This document shows positions 1 through 14,565 of a DNA stretch of 64,000 nucleotides, one piece after another. Source of the DNA: Camelus dromedarius (Eukaryota); assembly GCF_036321535.1 (NCBI RefSeq), contig NC_087437.1, positions 110,114,001 to 110,178,000 of the forward strand, read 5' to 3'. Made by a program: the position numbers and the translations under genes. Under the pieces are notes generated by a model. It did not search any database. It was not told the DNA's origin and saw only the letters and a program-made list of their open reading frames with translations. Within the stretch, counting starts at the first letter, position 1. Each line of letters opens with the position of its first letter.

Positions 1-2269
1 TCTACCAGTTCAATCACATACCTACAATGAGATTATTTTCCTTGGTTAAAGGCCATAGGTACCCAGAATCCAAATTTTAATCCATCACCAATTTTCACAG
101 TATCACGTGTCATCTACTAACTTTATTTTGAGTACTTTGTTAATAATATCTGAGATCAGAGAATCGGTTTACAGTTTAGAGAACATATTCTTTTGAGATA
201 CAAGGGGAAACATTCAAAGCATCATCTGACAAACAGTTTTTCTGTCTTTGGACCAGAATTGTTCCACAACCAAAAGATTAATCTCCCCTCTTATATATAT
301 TAACAGGTATTGATTAGTGGCATTAATTCTACCTATGTGACCTAATCTTTTCAGACATTTAAGGATTCATCAAAGACCTAAGTGGCCAATATCCTTATGA
401 GACAGTGATATGCATATAATTTATATTTGGGAATCTAGTAATGCTGACAATACTATGTCAGTCAAAGGCATCATTGTTACTGTTGTGAGTGTGTTACAGT
501 AATTTTTCATCTGGATAATAACACATCTAGATAAAAGTATTGCCTCGTGCTCCTGGATCTTATTACCAGGAGGAAAGCAAGAAACAGGTAGTTGGGTAGT
601 GGTATTTAAACAGCTTAGACACTTCAGTAAGCTTTAAGTATACTTACATAAAAATCACCAGAGAAATATTGTTTCACAGATTTTATAAAAAATAAGACAA
701 TTTCCTTTAAAAAATATGTCTTAGTATTTTAAGGTGACTAAAAACTGACAAAAAAAATACATGCCCAAGAGCAAGAGAAATATAATTATCACCATTTATC
801 AGTTCAATCATTTTACTCTAATCTGTTTTCTGTTAATTTTTTAAAGAAATATTTCATCTGATTTTAACATTCTGGTCAGAGCACAGATTTCTGTTCAACC
901 TACTTACTATATTTATATCCCCAACTTTTGCTAAGCATAGTTCTGTCTTGCAAACACTTTCCGTCCAGAGGCTTCCTCACTATAAGGCTTTGCTGGAAAG
1001 TATTCATAGAGCCCTTTCAGCCTGCCATTGCCTTCAGCAACCTTAATGACAAGGCAGCTCATGCTGGCAAAAAAAAAAAGAAAGAAAAGTGATGTCTTGA
1101 TTTAAGAGGTAGGACGTGTGAGACATCAGACATATATGTGTGGTATATTGTTTACAAATATAAGATCACTAGCATAGCTTTTTGTGCATCCCATAAAACT
1201 GCAGTTCTGTGATATTACCCCACCAGTGATGTATCAAACCTACACTCATCTGTCAGTTGGCATGGAAGTGGTGGTTGTAGAGCTAACATCCAGAACAATG
1301 TATCTCGCTATTCCACTGGCTTTGAACTGACTAAAAACCTTTATCAATGTCCAGAACTGTTGCGGACCTAACATCTGTTGGGCACTATTTTGTTATCTTA
1401 TCTTATTAAAATGTCACCAAATCTAAAGAGATAGACATACCTCCAACTTAGCATATCAAACAATTTAGACACAGAAAGATTGAGTAATTGGTCAAAAGGT
1501 CACATAAGCAGTAAATAGAAGAGTGATGGTTCAAATTCAATTCTGCCCAGGTACATGGTTCTGACTTTGCTTTCTTTTGTTTTGTATTTTTACTACCATT
1601 GAGAACACTTCCTCTTCCCCTGGGAAAATGAAGAATTGAAATATTTGGTTTTTTTTTCCCCCAACACACTTCTTTGGACCCCATATGATCATAACATGTC
1701 TGGAAATTTACTCCACTAACCATTTACAAAGATTAAAATTGGAGCAACTGCTAGATGTTTTACCAAAGTCATCCCACAAAGGCACACTAAAAGTCACCCT
1801 TAGATAAGGGAGTACCACTCCAGGTGTGAGTAAACAAGCAAGCTGACCAGCTATAGAGCCATCAAACACATCGCATAGTTTTTGTAATCCTCTGATTGAG
1901 CTGAAGACCAATAGCCAAAAGGATGCGGTATATAAAATACAAATTACAGTCATGGAGGACTTCCATACTAAATGATGTAACAGAGCTGAAGACTGACAGA
2001 AAAGAGCCTAGGGCCAAGAGTCAGGGTGTGTGAAGGGAAACAGAGCTTCTGTTTTGGACTGAAGCACTGGTTTTGCTATGCCTAAATGAGATTTAAAGTA
2101 TATCACCATTAGAGATAATGTCAATTACTGCAGGACTATGTGGAGCCCAGTTCTTAGCAACGTATGTTCTGTGGAAAACAATTTTTCTTCATACACTGGT
2201 ATTTTCAGCTGAGTCATCGTCATCATCTTCATCATCTATATCCACAAATATAATATGCATATAATTTTA

Positions 2270-3700
2270 TTCTTTTGTTAACTCATTTACTTAGGAGTCA
2301 GACCTCTGTTATAGAAACTCTGCTAAGTGCTGACAATATAGAAATAAACTGGGCAAGATAAGACACTTAAAGAATGCATAGTCATATATATAATGCTTGA
2401 AAAACCATGTTGTTTTGTATATCTGTGACTTTTATACGCTATTTCCTCTACCTGGAATGCCCTCCCATCTTGTTTTTATCTGGCTGCCTCATCATTGTCA
2501 TAGAAAACTCAGTCTGTGTGTCCCTACCTCTGGGTGACTTACCTTACCATCAGCCTGATGTCTGTCTTTTGTGCTCCCATGATACCCCTGTGGCCACCTC
2601 TCTCAGAGCACTTACGTATAATGTAGACCCACCTCTCTGTCTAATTCTCTAAGCTCCAAGCTCCTTTAAGATAGAGAGTGTGTCTTACTTCATTTTTTAT
2701 CACACCTGTCCAGTTTATATAATTTGTATGAATTAATAAATCCTATTGAATTAGAACTAAAATAAATAGCTATGAAATAGAAAGAAAAAGAAAGTTCAGG
2801 ATTCTGTGGGTGCTGAGTGGAGAGCCCATCTAGGTCTGCCTGACGTGACTAAGTAGGTTGTGTGGGAGGCAGACAAGGAAACTCAGATGATGTGCTTCTC
2901 AAGTTGAGACCTAAAAGTTGATTTAGATACAGGCTGGCAGACAGATGGCAGAGGCATTACCACAGATGGCATGAGTTATCCATAGACAAGAAGGTCTAAG
3001 AATGCTTGTGACGATCAGCAAATTATAAGCAGAGAAAACAGGGTAAAACAGCTATTGGTATATGAGGGAATGGCTGGAAATGGCATTAGACACTAACCTG
3101 AGAATGGTATTATGAAAGAATTTTGTTTTGCTTATGAAATTAGATTTTTGTGTATTCAGTGATGGAGCCAAACACCAAGGGCAGACTTCCAGCTGCCAAA
3201 AGGACAGCCTTACAAGTAGACTGGTTAGAAGCAGTTTAAAGTCAAGATAATCAAGTCAGGAAAAGCATATAATGAAAACCAAGGAAAGAAGTGGTTATCA
3301 GTGCCAAATGCCACAAAACATAGAAGACAAACACGAGATGCATCAAAGATACTAGGTATGTAATAGGTTGTTGGTGACTTGAGCAAGAGGAGACAGGTTA
3401 GAGTGGATTAAAACTGAATGAAAGGCACCAGAGAAAACCATTTTAAATCTTAAATATAAAAGAAGTTGAGAAAAAAATCTGGCCAGGGATGATCTGATGT
3501 TGAGACGGGCTTTTAAATATCAAAAGACTTGACTGTGTTTATAGACTAAAGGGAAAGTGTCAGTGGAAAAGAAGAAGCTGAAAATACAGTAGACAGAAGG
3601 GATAATTTATCAAACAAGTGTTGAAGGAGATGGCATTTAAAGCAAAGTGGAAGAATGATTTTTTTGGACAGGAAGGGAGGACATGGTTTCCTCTGAGACA
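2270..3700. mobile_element. Decayed L2 fragments
   Basis: L2-type motifs tttcctctacctggaatgccctccc, taagctcc...gtgtcttacttcatttt, caaatgccaca and ttggtgacttgagcaagag. Confidence 0.45.
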
Positions 3701-6700
3701 AAGATAAAAGGCTAAAAGACAGGTGCAAATGTAGATAAGTGTGTGGGAAGGGAGTTGACAGAGTTTTCCGCTGATAGATTCCCTTTTCTCCATGAAACAA
3801 GCAAGAGTTACAGACAGAGGAGGGCAGAGGCAGACGTAAGCTCTGAGCAAGAGGCTTTCATGATACTGGAGAAGGGTCGGTGTAGCGGCTGGAAAAGTAA
3901 GAAAGAATGAGACCTGAGAAGGAGTGAAAGGATTCTCAAGTAGCACTGAGGACTCGGCCACAATGAGAATGCTGAAAATGTGGTGGTGGCACCAATCCAT
4001 GCGGTTCTGGGATTTTTCCCCAACAGCTCTTAGGAGCCTGAGTTTGGAGTAGAGAAGACATGAATTAATGCACAGATGAGAATTTACAGAGTAGAAATAC
4101 AGAAGGAGAAAAGAGCTTGCTGAAAGAAGTGTGATGGATGAAACAAATAATAGAAACAGGAGGCCATATAATTGACTGTCCCAACTAGTATACTCAAATG
4201 TTATTATTATTGTATAATGAGTATATTATTATTATATACTCAACTATCATTATTATTAATAATGCCAGGACAACAGATGTAAACAATAGAACATATAGAA
4301 AGTTAAGTGAAGCATGTAACAGATGTTTTGACTGTGTACATGAAATGGCATGGCTGTAATGGAAGTGTGAGGAACTGGGAGAATAAGAGATGTAGGGATA
4401 TTGGGCTTACTATTTAGAATAGGAGTGCCTTCTGATATTGACAAGCACGGGTCTGGAAGTCGTTTTCTAAAGTAGAGCAGAGTTGATGAGGGGATCGAAG
4501 AATTTTGAGGCAGGAATGCTTCAATTGGTTGTCTGTATGATAATTCCATGTTCTAAATGTAAAACAGAATTTAGTAGCAGATGTCAAACCCTTCAAAGCT
4601 TTTGATTTAGAGATTGTGGTGGTGGTAAATAACAGATATCAGAAAGTATGGAGAGATGTTGGATCAAGAGAGTAAGGGATCAGGGATCTAGACAGGAAGT
4701 CTGATGATATCCAGTAAAAGAAATGTTGTCTTTATCTTCTGCCAGGAAACCCATCCAGAGATGCCAGTCTGACCGTCTGCTAAGCATAGAAAACACAAAG
4801 GCAACCGGCCAGATAAGATTGCTCTCTTCTCGTTCCTCTCCTTCTTCCCTACGCTTTGAATCAGTAAAGGAGCAAAAAAATAAAACCAGTTGATAAGCAT
4901 CTAAAAAGGCGAGCTTTAAAAGTAGAAAACAAAATAATCATATTTTATCTCCGTTTCCTGCCACAGGTTACTAATCTGTTTCATCTAAGCCATCGTTTTT
5001 ACACTTGTGATTGATTTTTTTAATCTATAAAATGAAAAAGATACTTGAATTTACTTTATAGAATTATGTAAGATATTAAATAAGTTTATATATGGTAATC
5101 ACTTTGGGATTTTCACAGTACTTACGTAGGTGGTAGCGTTCATCATCATCACCATCATTGTGTCTTTAGGAGTTGAGTGCAGAGTCTAAAAGTCTTTCCC
5201 CCTCACTAACCTAAAAGTTTGCATGTGCTACTCACATTGGGAATTGTGTTTGAAAACCAAGTATAGAAAGATCTAGAAGAGAAGGCAGCAGCAGGAGAAC
5301 AGATTATAGGGGAAGAAACAGAGAGCAGACTGAGGGGCACTGGAGGCTCAAATGACTCTAAGGTTTGCTTTCCAAATGGACACTACTGCAGCTTCTGTGT
5401 AGACAAATAGCTCACACATTGCAGGTGTATTTGGATGGAACTTTCATCAGACCAGCATCAACGGAAGCACAGAAAGATGCAGTGTGGTCAATTATATTGT
5501 TGTTCCCATGTACTCTCTCTCTTCTCCTCTGTAAAGGGATTATATATCCCCAGTTCCACTGATGTCGGTTTTGCCATGAGATGTGTTTGGTCAAGGAATA
5601 TAAGCAGCTGTGGTTTACATCACATGTGAATACTGTTTCAGAGACATTACAAGTTTTGCCAGTGATTCTGTTTCTTTTTTTCCTGCCTCTTTGCAACAAA
5701 AATGTCCTCTAGAGGTGTTCTTCCTTCTGCTTCGATCCCAGTTGACTCAAACGTGTAAGGTGAGTCAGAAATTTTGATTACTTTTTTTTGTAATGTGCTG
5801 TGATGAAATTGTCATCTCAGCAAAACTGACTAACAAAAATTGTTCCAAGTAATGTGTTAATGTATAAAAAAAGGAACTATGTCATTGGTTTCAGGTGTAG
5901 ATTGTGGGTACAGGTAACACTGTCAGTGGAGGATGGGAAAATGGAGATCCATGTTATGTAGTGAAAAATATTTGTTAAAATTATTGTTTGCAGTCATTTG
6001 GAAAACAGGAACTGAACTTGTGGCTTCAGGTGAAGAGGTTGTGGAGCAGAATGCTTTACTGTGTCTTTTTTTCACATTAATCAACCTTTTTATAATATTT
6101 CAGAGGTACAAGGTAAATATTCTATAATTTAATTTCTAGAAATAAGTCATGAATTATTAAGAATTAAATTAGAAAAAAATTTTATGTAATTAACTTCATT
6201 TTTATTTCATCAAATAAAATTCCCTGTTTGCTATTATTTCAGGTGAAATAAGGCAGGGAAAGAGAATATATGGAATATATATATATCAGTATCTAAATAT
6301 TTTTGAACTTAAAATTCCTGAGGAGCATAATTATAAGAAAAGATAAATAAATGAGTGAAAGCTGACATCCGTTTTGCTCAGATCCAATTATATAGACTGA
6401 GAAACTGGCATTGAATCAGTAGGAAGGATCTCATTGAGGTGAATAAGACCATGGTTTTTCTCATATGGTATATTTTTAAAAATTTTAATTGGAACAAACA
6501 TTTAAGGTTGATTTACAAGTAATTTGCTTTAAGCAATATAATTTATAAATAGTAAAATATGGCAGATTTACTTTAGAAAGATGGAAAATAACAAGAAAGA
6601 AAAAAAAAACCTTTATGCATTGACATCACTTTACAATATTTGATGCTGGCAATATGATGTATTTCTTCCTATATTAAAAAATGTTTATTTTAACATATTT

Positions 6701-7669
6701 GAAATTAATTCACATCTTCAAAAATTATTATGTAGGTTTTTTAGATTGGACTGTTCATTTGGTATTATTTATGTAATATTTTCTGATAGAATCAATAATT
6801 TCTAAATGATCATTTTAATGACTATACAGGATTTCCAGACTACTTCATGATTTTTGAATCAGATCTAAGCTGTGGAGCATCATTATGTCTCAGGCCATAG
6901 GGACCGTCCCTCTGAGAATGAAGACCTACTGTCATCATATTGAACCACGTTTTTCTGCTTCATTTAAACAGATGAACGTCTGTGCCAATATTCTGTTGCT
7001 GATTAGCTGGCTGCTCCAGGATGTGTATATTCTTCTCCCAGAAGATAGGAGATTTTGGGAGAAAACAATTTAACACCTGCAGATTAACTTTTTTTCTAGT
7101 AGAGAATTTTTAAAATGCTCCTTAAAATACCAAATGAAGCAAGAGTGTTGAAATTGAATGTCAACAGGGCAAGCAACATCTGTTCCAAGAGAAGGTAATG
7201 AGGAGGGTCTGACGAATGCCCATTTTTAGGACATTCACTCACTTAACTTGCAGAGACTCAGATGCACAATGGGAAGAGCTTTCTGTTGACTACCCTAACC
7301 AGTGAAGGGTAAATCCTACTACTGCTCGAGACACCTTCAGAAAAGCCAATCTTCAGGCAGAGTTTTGGGAGTAAAGACCAAACAGGCTGAATATTAATGA
7401 GAAATCATGTATTAAAGAAAAAGGAAAAAACATGTTTTTGACTTTCCCCCTCTTATTCTAAGAATCACATCTCATCACCATTGAAGAAAGCAATCATATC
7501 ATATTAACATCTCAATAAATGCCAAATATTAAATAATTTTCTTTATTAAAGTAAAATCATTGTATATATCATTATTCAACTTGTTTTTTCACTGAAAATG
7601 TAATGTGACTTTTTCAAAAAATAATAGAAATCTATCTCATTATTTTAAAATATGTATAGAAGAAAAACT

Positions 7670-8640
7670 CTTTCTTCCAGCCATGTTAGAGTAACTAGTA
7701 TTGAATTTACCTTCCCATCATATTAAACTGGACAAAGTATTTGAAATAACTTTTCAGAAATTATACATCATACAACAGGTAGTTCAGAACCACAATGTCT
7801 TAAGGAAGGGAAACAAACTATTTAAGCCCAACTGCTACTTTAGCTTCCTGCCTGTAACTCTCTCAGGCTCACATTTTAGGGAGGAGAACCCAAGGAGGGG
7901 ATGATGTTAATATTGTACTGAGTTTTAAAAAAATCAAATTTCAAAGAGTGTTTGTAATTTTTGAGTCAGAAGAATAAAGAAAGAGACCTGGTGGTGGCCT
8001 TGTCTCTGCTTTATTGAACCTCAAGACACTCAAGTGTATAGTGAAATTCCATGAAGAAAGGCAAAGAACAATTAAACATCTGTAGCTAAATAATCCCTAG
8101 AGATCAGACAGGGCTGGGAGACATAGGAGTTTTCCACCAACCAAAGTGAAGAGACTTCATTGAAAAGTAGACCCCAAAAGGGAAACACTTCAGTAGTCAG
8201 ACAAAGCACTAGCACTACAGACAATATTAGACCCACGAAGTAGCGAAAAAAATCAAGGCATACACAAGTAACTTAATTGCCTACCCAAACCAACTTCCAC
8301 ACCATATAAAGAAAGACAACAAAATTCACATTCTAAACAATACATCATTAAAGTTGTCTGGCCTCTGTTAAAAAACAATTACTAGACAAGCAAAGAAGCA
8401 GGAAAAAAAGTGTGATTCGGAAACAAACATCCGTCGAATTAAAAAAAAAGAAATCACAGAGATAATGGAAAGAGCAAATATGGTCAAGAATATAAGAAAA
8501 TACATGAGTATGAGAAGATAACTGAAAGATAAAAAGGTGAAAATTTACATCTCAAAAATTAAAATGTCTTATTTTTAGTTGTTTAAAAAAATTGATGAAT
8601 GGTATTAAAATCAAATTTAACCAAGAGAATGAGAAGAAGA
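7670..8640 (+). mobile_element. Old L1 (L1M-type) 5'/ORF1-region fragments
   Basis: A-rich sense-strand text such as aaactggacaaagtatttgaaataac and actagacaagcaaagaagcaggaaaa...cagagataatggaa. Confidence 0.45.
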
Positions 8641-8679
8641 GTCAATGTTAAGGAGAACGTATTTGCAAAAGACACATCT

Positions 8680-9330
8680 GATACCCCACTCGGTGCCTCC
8701 CCTGACTCTTGCTGCAGCCGCCCTTGCAGTAGAACACTCCATCCACTTTCCCGCAGCTGTAACTTGAGAATGCCTTACTTGACGTCCCTGCAGTTATGCC
8801 TCTCACCTCCAGCCTGGGTGCTTTCCTGTCAATATTGAGATACGAGATGATGGAGCATCTCCCAATACCTATGTATGTGTGTACCTGAAAGTACAGAAGA
8901 GTGATTGCCCCCTGGAGTGGAAATCTAAATTAGATTTGATTACATTCCATCAGACATACTTGCTCAGTTTGTAAGTTTTGTCTGTTTCTTACAGTTCCCT
9001 TGACTGACCAGGGCCAAACCTTGGGCATAGCTACTGAGAAAATTGTTATCCCTGGGGTGATGAGCTTTTTAAAAATGGAAATTGCTGTGGTAAGGGGGCC
9101 ACAGAGTCTGTGTTGTGTGCTTCACCCATTTTTGGTAGCAGATAAAAGTCTCAAGGCAGGAGACAACATTCAGAAATTTCTCTCCTGAACTATTGAACCC
9201 TCACCTCTAGACCCCGTGTGCTGCAGCTACTACAGAAATTCACGTGGTCTCTGTGGCTGTGGCTTAGCTTCTGTTCTGGATATGGCCATTTCACTGACTG
9301 CAGATACGGGTCTCATTATGGTTCTGCCTC
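8680..9330. mobile_element. ERVL-type LTR and internal fragments
   Basis: GC-elevated island with LTR16-like text (cctctcacctccagcctggg; gaaagtacagaagagtgattgcccc). Recognised by eye only. Confidence 0.35.
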
Positions 9331-11424
9331 CTGTGGATAATATCCATTTTATATAAATGCTATTCTTCACCTAGAAATTAGATTGTAATCGCAATGCACC
9401 TTTTCTTCTAAAATCATCATTCCAAGGCCATTTCTGTCTCGATCTCTCAGTCACATCAGATCCCACTGAACTGAGAACAGTCAGAGGCTGTAGGAGACTG
9501 ACTGCCTTCTTGGAAGTCCTATTTGTAATTGAGGGAGCCTGAATTACTCCATAATATTTCTAAGAGCAGGAAACCTCATTCTAGTCATCGTCCAATTGTA
9601 AACCTACTACCTTCTTAGTCTATGTTTCTATATTGTGATTATTTCCAATTAAACATGTTTCATTGGTCCTAACAAGTTTGTGTATGGTTTGTGTCAGACT
9701 TCCTATTGACTTACATTCTCGTCTTCTATTTCTGTGCCCTCCTTAGCTGTTTGTTACAATTGAGTATGTCTGGCTTCCATTCTGATTGGTCAGTACCCAT
9801 GACATTCAGAGTATTACATACCTCAATTTTGACCCCCAGAATAATGGCTCCTTATTGGCCAAGTCTTGTGGCCTTAGTTCATTGTACTTACATGTTTGTT
9901 TGTAAGCATATGTGTTCCGTGATCCTGGGTCTATCCATTTCTTTTTTTCATATTAATCAGCACTCATGTACTCATCAACACATGCACACATGTACACACA
10001 CACAGAGACAAGTGCCTCAGGAGAAAAAATTCTTGGGAAAATGCTAATGTGAAAAAGGTGAGTAGAAGAGGAGAAACAGAAGGCTCAATATTTAGGTATA
10101 TAAATATTGTTGGTGGGTGGGGGCATAGATAATGAAAAGGAGTAAATAAGCATCAGAGACTTTTTGAAGGTAAAACTTGTAAGATCTGAGACAGTAATAG
10201 TGGAAGAGGAGGGAGAAAAACCTAGAGAAGATAAATTTTCTAAAAGTGTTTCTTCTTGGAATTTCCCACTTAGAATTGTGGGGACTCCAGGGTGGTATAT
10301 ACAATTGTATATCTGAAAGACTGGTATTGCAAAATTAGTAAGATTAGAATTGCAGATGTATCCTGTGTCTTTCTAGAGACAATAAATAGAGTAGGGTGAA
10401 ATGATTATGAAGACACAAAAAATTCTCAACACAAGAGCTCTTTCAAATATGTGATACCATCTGAAAAAAGAATGGCTTCCTTTTTCAATGCTCTATCACT
10501 GGATGTGTCTAAATCCAGGCAGGATCACCCACTACTAGAATAATTTTGGGGGGAAAATAACAAACTCAGGGAGAAGGGTGGATTAACTGATCTTACATAT
10601 CTAATTTTGTCCCACTCTATTCTAGAACACTACAAGTTAGAAATGAATTTGAGCTTTGAAGCCTGAATAAAAATGGTGATGCTGATACCAGGAAAATACA
10701 GAACTGAAAGCTTTCATGTTGCTCTATCTGTGAGGACACAGCAGTTACATCATGTTTTGACTTTAGAAATTCAATCTCCATGTGGGTTATAAAAAAAGAC
10801 TACAAGAACTGGAGTCGAGATTCAACCGCCCATGGTTAAATAAATTTATTCTTCCTAGATTACACTGAATGTTAAAAGGAATTTAAATCTCAAGAAGAAG
10901 AAGGGTAAAAGAAGATGGATGGATAGATTGATTGTTATTCTTGAAGGAAGATAATCATTTCTTACGAATTAGATAATGAATGATCTCATTCATCAAACCC
11001 TTAACTGCATAGAGGACATCTCATTATATACTATGAACAGAGCACTAAAAAACTTCATCCCTGCTTTCTGAAAGTGTAAGAAAGACAAAAAACTCACAAG
11101 CTACAAAGATCAAAATATTATTATAGTATAATTATACATAGAGGTGTTTAGGAAATACAGAAGGAGAAATCAGAAAAGAGGCCAGGACAAGAGAAAGTAG
11201 AGTGAAGGGCTAGGAATCTTTCTGAGACAGACTTACAGTTGAAATAGAAAGGATTAAATAGGAGTTGGTCAATCATATAAAAGGGGAAATAGTTTTCTGG
11301 GCAGAGGAGAAGGAAGAAATACACTTCAGAAAATGTCCATATGCTGGAATCTTATTTCAATAGCTGTAATCTATCTGAGAGGAAATGTAATCCCTAGTTG
11401 GGCTTAAGGAATAAATTCACAGCT

Positions 11425-11845
11425 GTCAGTAACTAGACTTCTAACGCAAGCCCCAGTGACATACACCCTTGTTTGATCCCCTTCCATTCAGTGTGAGAAG
11501 AACCTGTAACTTGCCTCTAACCTTGGCAAAGGTGATGAGATGTCACTCCTGTGATTGTAATTATATTTGGGGTTAGCAAATAAAACTCAAAATGAATAAA
11601 TTTGAATTTCACATAAAAAACAGATTACTTTTTAGAATGTTTCATATGCAAGATTTGGGACATATTTGCAGATCTGGCAACTCCAATTAATTTATACAGT
11701 AAAGATATTTTGCAGATGTCCTGGCTGATATCCTGATTGCAATATTGTGAGACCTTAAGCAGAGATCCCAATTAAAGATCACTAAGATTGTGCAATACTA
11801 AACAGGTGTTGTTGTCAGGTGCCATTTTTGTGGTACTTTACAACA
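11425..11845 (+). mobile_element. MLT1-type LTR with nested MER53-like fragment (~11568-11685)
   Basis: LTR motifs cctgtaacttgcctctaacc, ggcaaaggtgatgagatgtcactcctgtgatt and tgtgagaccttaagcagaga. Nested ggggttagcaaataaaa...tttgaatttca...atctggcaact. Confidence 0.55.
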
Positions 11846-13302
11846 AGCTTCCCCTGCGGTTTTCTAACGTATCTAGTAGGCGTTGGATGGCCTGCATGTC
11901 ATATCTGTATATCAGCAGAGATCAGGAGATCAGTCATACCGAAGGATATCAAGGATAGGTCACTTTGAAGTGAAAGTGAAAGACTGAGAGGCACTATCAA
12001 CCATAGTTGATGGGAATGGCTTGTGAACAAAATATTGAAATAAATTTTATAGGACCCTAAGTAACACTGGAAATAATGACTCTGAAACATGTGCAAATTT
12101 TATAACAGAGTAATTTCACAATGAAACAGATCATCATAAAAAACAGTAAGCTCCCCGTTGCAGCAAGTGTTCAAACCTCCAATGGGAGGAGGGAAAAAGA
12201 GACTTTATGCAGCATGACAAAGAAGAACACACACTTGATCTTTGTAATGTATTAGCTGTGGAACTTTAGTAAGTTTCCTAACCTCTTTGTATCTCAATTT
12301 CCAGGTCACAAATTACTCACTTATATGCATATTTATCAGGATCAAGTAGATTAAAATGCCTAAAGGAAATGTGTGACTTACAAAACACTCAACAGTGTTA
12401 TTGTAAAGGATATTATTTTCTGTTGTTGCTGTGGTTTGAATTAGGTGACAACATAGAGTTGCTAAATAAAAGAAAAAAAAAGTGTTTGAGATTGGGAAGA
12501 TTGGCCAGTTTCTCCTGTTGATCTACCAAGTAGCATCCTTAGGTAGACACTTTATCATTGATAGTCCTATGACATTCAAGAGTAGTAAATGAAAGAATGG
12601 TAGCTATTGTTTCTTTACATTTTATTGGCTTTTAAAAATGTTATTAATAAATAAAAATTGATTAAAAATATTAACAAATAAATGGAATGAATTTGAGAAA
12701 TCATCACCAGGAACTTCATTAAAAGCCAACTAAGATACCATGACTGAGACCATATTATTCGGCATTCAGTTGGGCCAGACATGTGCTTTACATGATGTTA
12801 GTCTGTCCTAGTCACAATGTTCTGATAACAGGGATTCTGCCAGGAGACAGAGTTAGACACAATTTAAGGACTCAATGAGACAAACCTCAAAATGAGGAGA
12901 TCTTTGTTGTAGGAATATAGGATAACCAGGAATATCAACAAGCTGCATGTAGAGATTCTTATCTGTGTATGAAAAGGAGAAGGCAGAACACATGATGTAG
13001 AGGTGGAATTATATCTGTCTCTGAGAGTCACATGTTTAAATGTAGACTATCAGAAAAGAGAAAATTAATGTAGAACATAGAATATTTAACAGCAATAGTG
13101 CTACTGTTTTTACCAATGACCTGAGTAAAACACTGAAGTTTTCTAAAATGAGACGTCAGATCAATGCAAAAATGAGTAACTCTTGGAGCTGCACATGAAA
13201 ATACTTCTACACAGATGCTCACTGGGAAAAAAATGTTAGTTATGCCCTATCTATTTTGCTACATCAGTAACTAAAATAGCCACAAGGTCAACAGTTTCTC
13301 TC

Positions 13303-13384
13303 CACCTCTCTCTGTCTTTCTGTCTCTGTGTCTCTTTATCTCTGTCTCTCAATGTCTATCTCTCTCTCTCTGTCTCTCTCCCTT

Positions 13385-13425
<41 letters not shown>
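13303..13425 (+). repeat. CT-rich tract followed by a perfect (CA)19 microsatellite (13388-13425)
   Basis: Read directly from the sequence. Confidence 0.95.
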
Positions 13426-13428
<3 letters not shown>

Positions 13429-14420
13429 CAAGATGAAAATGATGGAGAGAAATGAATATATATGATAATCACTGCATATTGGGAAAGTTATTAGCTTTAT
13501 TGGAAAGCAAGATTAGAAATTTTCCCACATGTAAATTGTTCATATCAGATGTAAACAAACATATGAGAGCAACAAAATGTCAAAGATTTTTTCCCCCTAA
13601 TTGTTGGGATTTCCACCAATTAGTTATGACTAATATTAGTCAAAGATTAGATTTCATCCAATTTAGACAGACAATAACAACATTTGTAAAACACTTTGAG
13701 AGTTAAAATTCAATTTTCTTTGTGGAAAAATTCACATTGATGTGATCAAAATCTATTTACTAGTAATGCCTCTTTCAAAAAGGACCCTGGATAACATTTT
13801 GTCCCAATAATGTGTTTAAATATTTTGTTAATAAAAATGTACCTACATGACACACACAAAGAAAGGAAGTATTTTGAAAGAAGAAAGCATTGTTTCATTT
13901 CTCAGTTTGATTAAATTAAAATCCTGTTTCCTTATTTGAATTTCTTCTCAAGGCAGATGAAATCAGAAAAATAAAGATTTTTGTGTCCTCACAGCTCTGC
14001 TAATAAGGGGGGGAGCTTATTAAAACCCAGAGGATCTCCTAAGTTACCTTTATGCTATACTTTAATCTTCACTTTATTCTATACTTTAATCTCATCACCA
14101 CTACATCAGCGAGATGCCACCCTTTGACTCTGGGTTTGGATAGGAGTTAAAACTATTTTATGGAGGGGAGTATAAGTTTGGGAGGCCAAGAATAAAAAAA
14201 AAAATTATTTGTGATCAACTGCAAGTCAAATGAAATGATTGAAAATGTGCCCTGCTTATGTGATATCTGGTTATAGAATGTTAAAGGGAAGATTTGTTAC
14301 AAAAGACAGCTTGGTGAGTGTGAATGTACCATTTTATTAACAGGCCTCAGTTGGTTAAAGCAAGCATCCCTAATGCCTTAAGGCGTTATGCTCCAGTCTA
14401 GAAACAACATACTAATTATA

Positions 14421-14490
14421 TTAGTCATAAAATTAGCCAATTATATGAGCACATGTGGTTGGGCCCACTCACATCCAGTGCATATAATAG
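14421..14490 (+). promoter_or_regulatory. KRTAP6 copy 1 proximal promoter (type P1)
   Basis: TTAGTCATAAA at 14421-14431, E-box-like CACATGTG at ~14450, and a TATAAT TATA variant at 14483, about 83 nt upstream of the ATG. Confidence 0.6.
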
Positions 14491-14565
14491 GTTTTCTGCA
14501 AGGAGAAATGTGCAGACTGACGTAATCTACCCTCATTTCCTATCCAAAGTGGAACAACCAACACC

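Noticed and set aside
1..14400. Search for further KRTAP genes or relics, and the ORF-track calls in this region
   Set aside because: I found no Gly-Tyr or Cys-rich KAP-like frame on either strand. The short ORFs overlap decayed L2, L1 and LTR sequence. A highly decayed relic could have been missed by eye.
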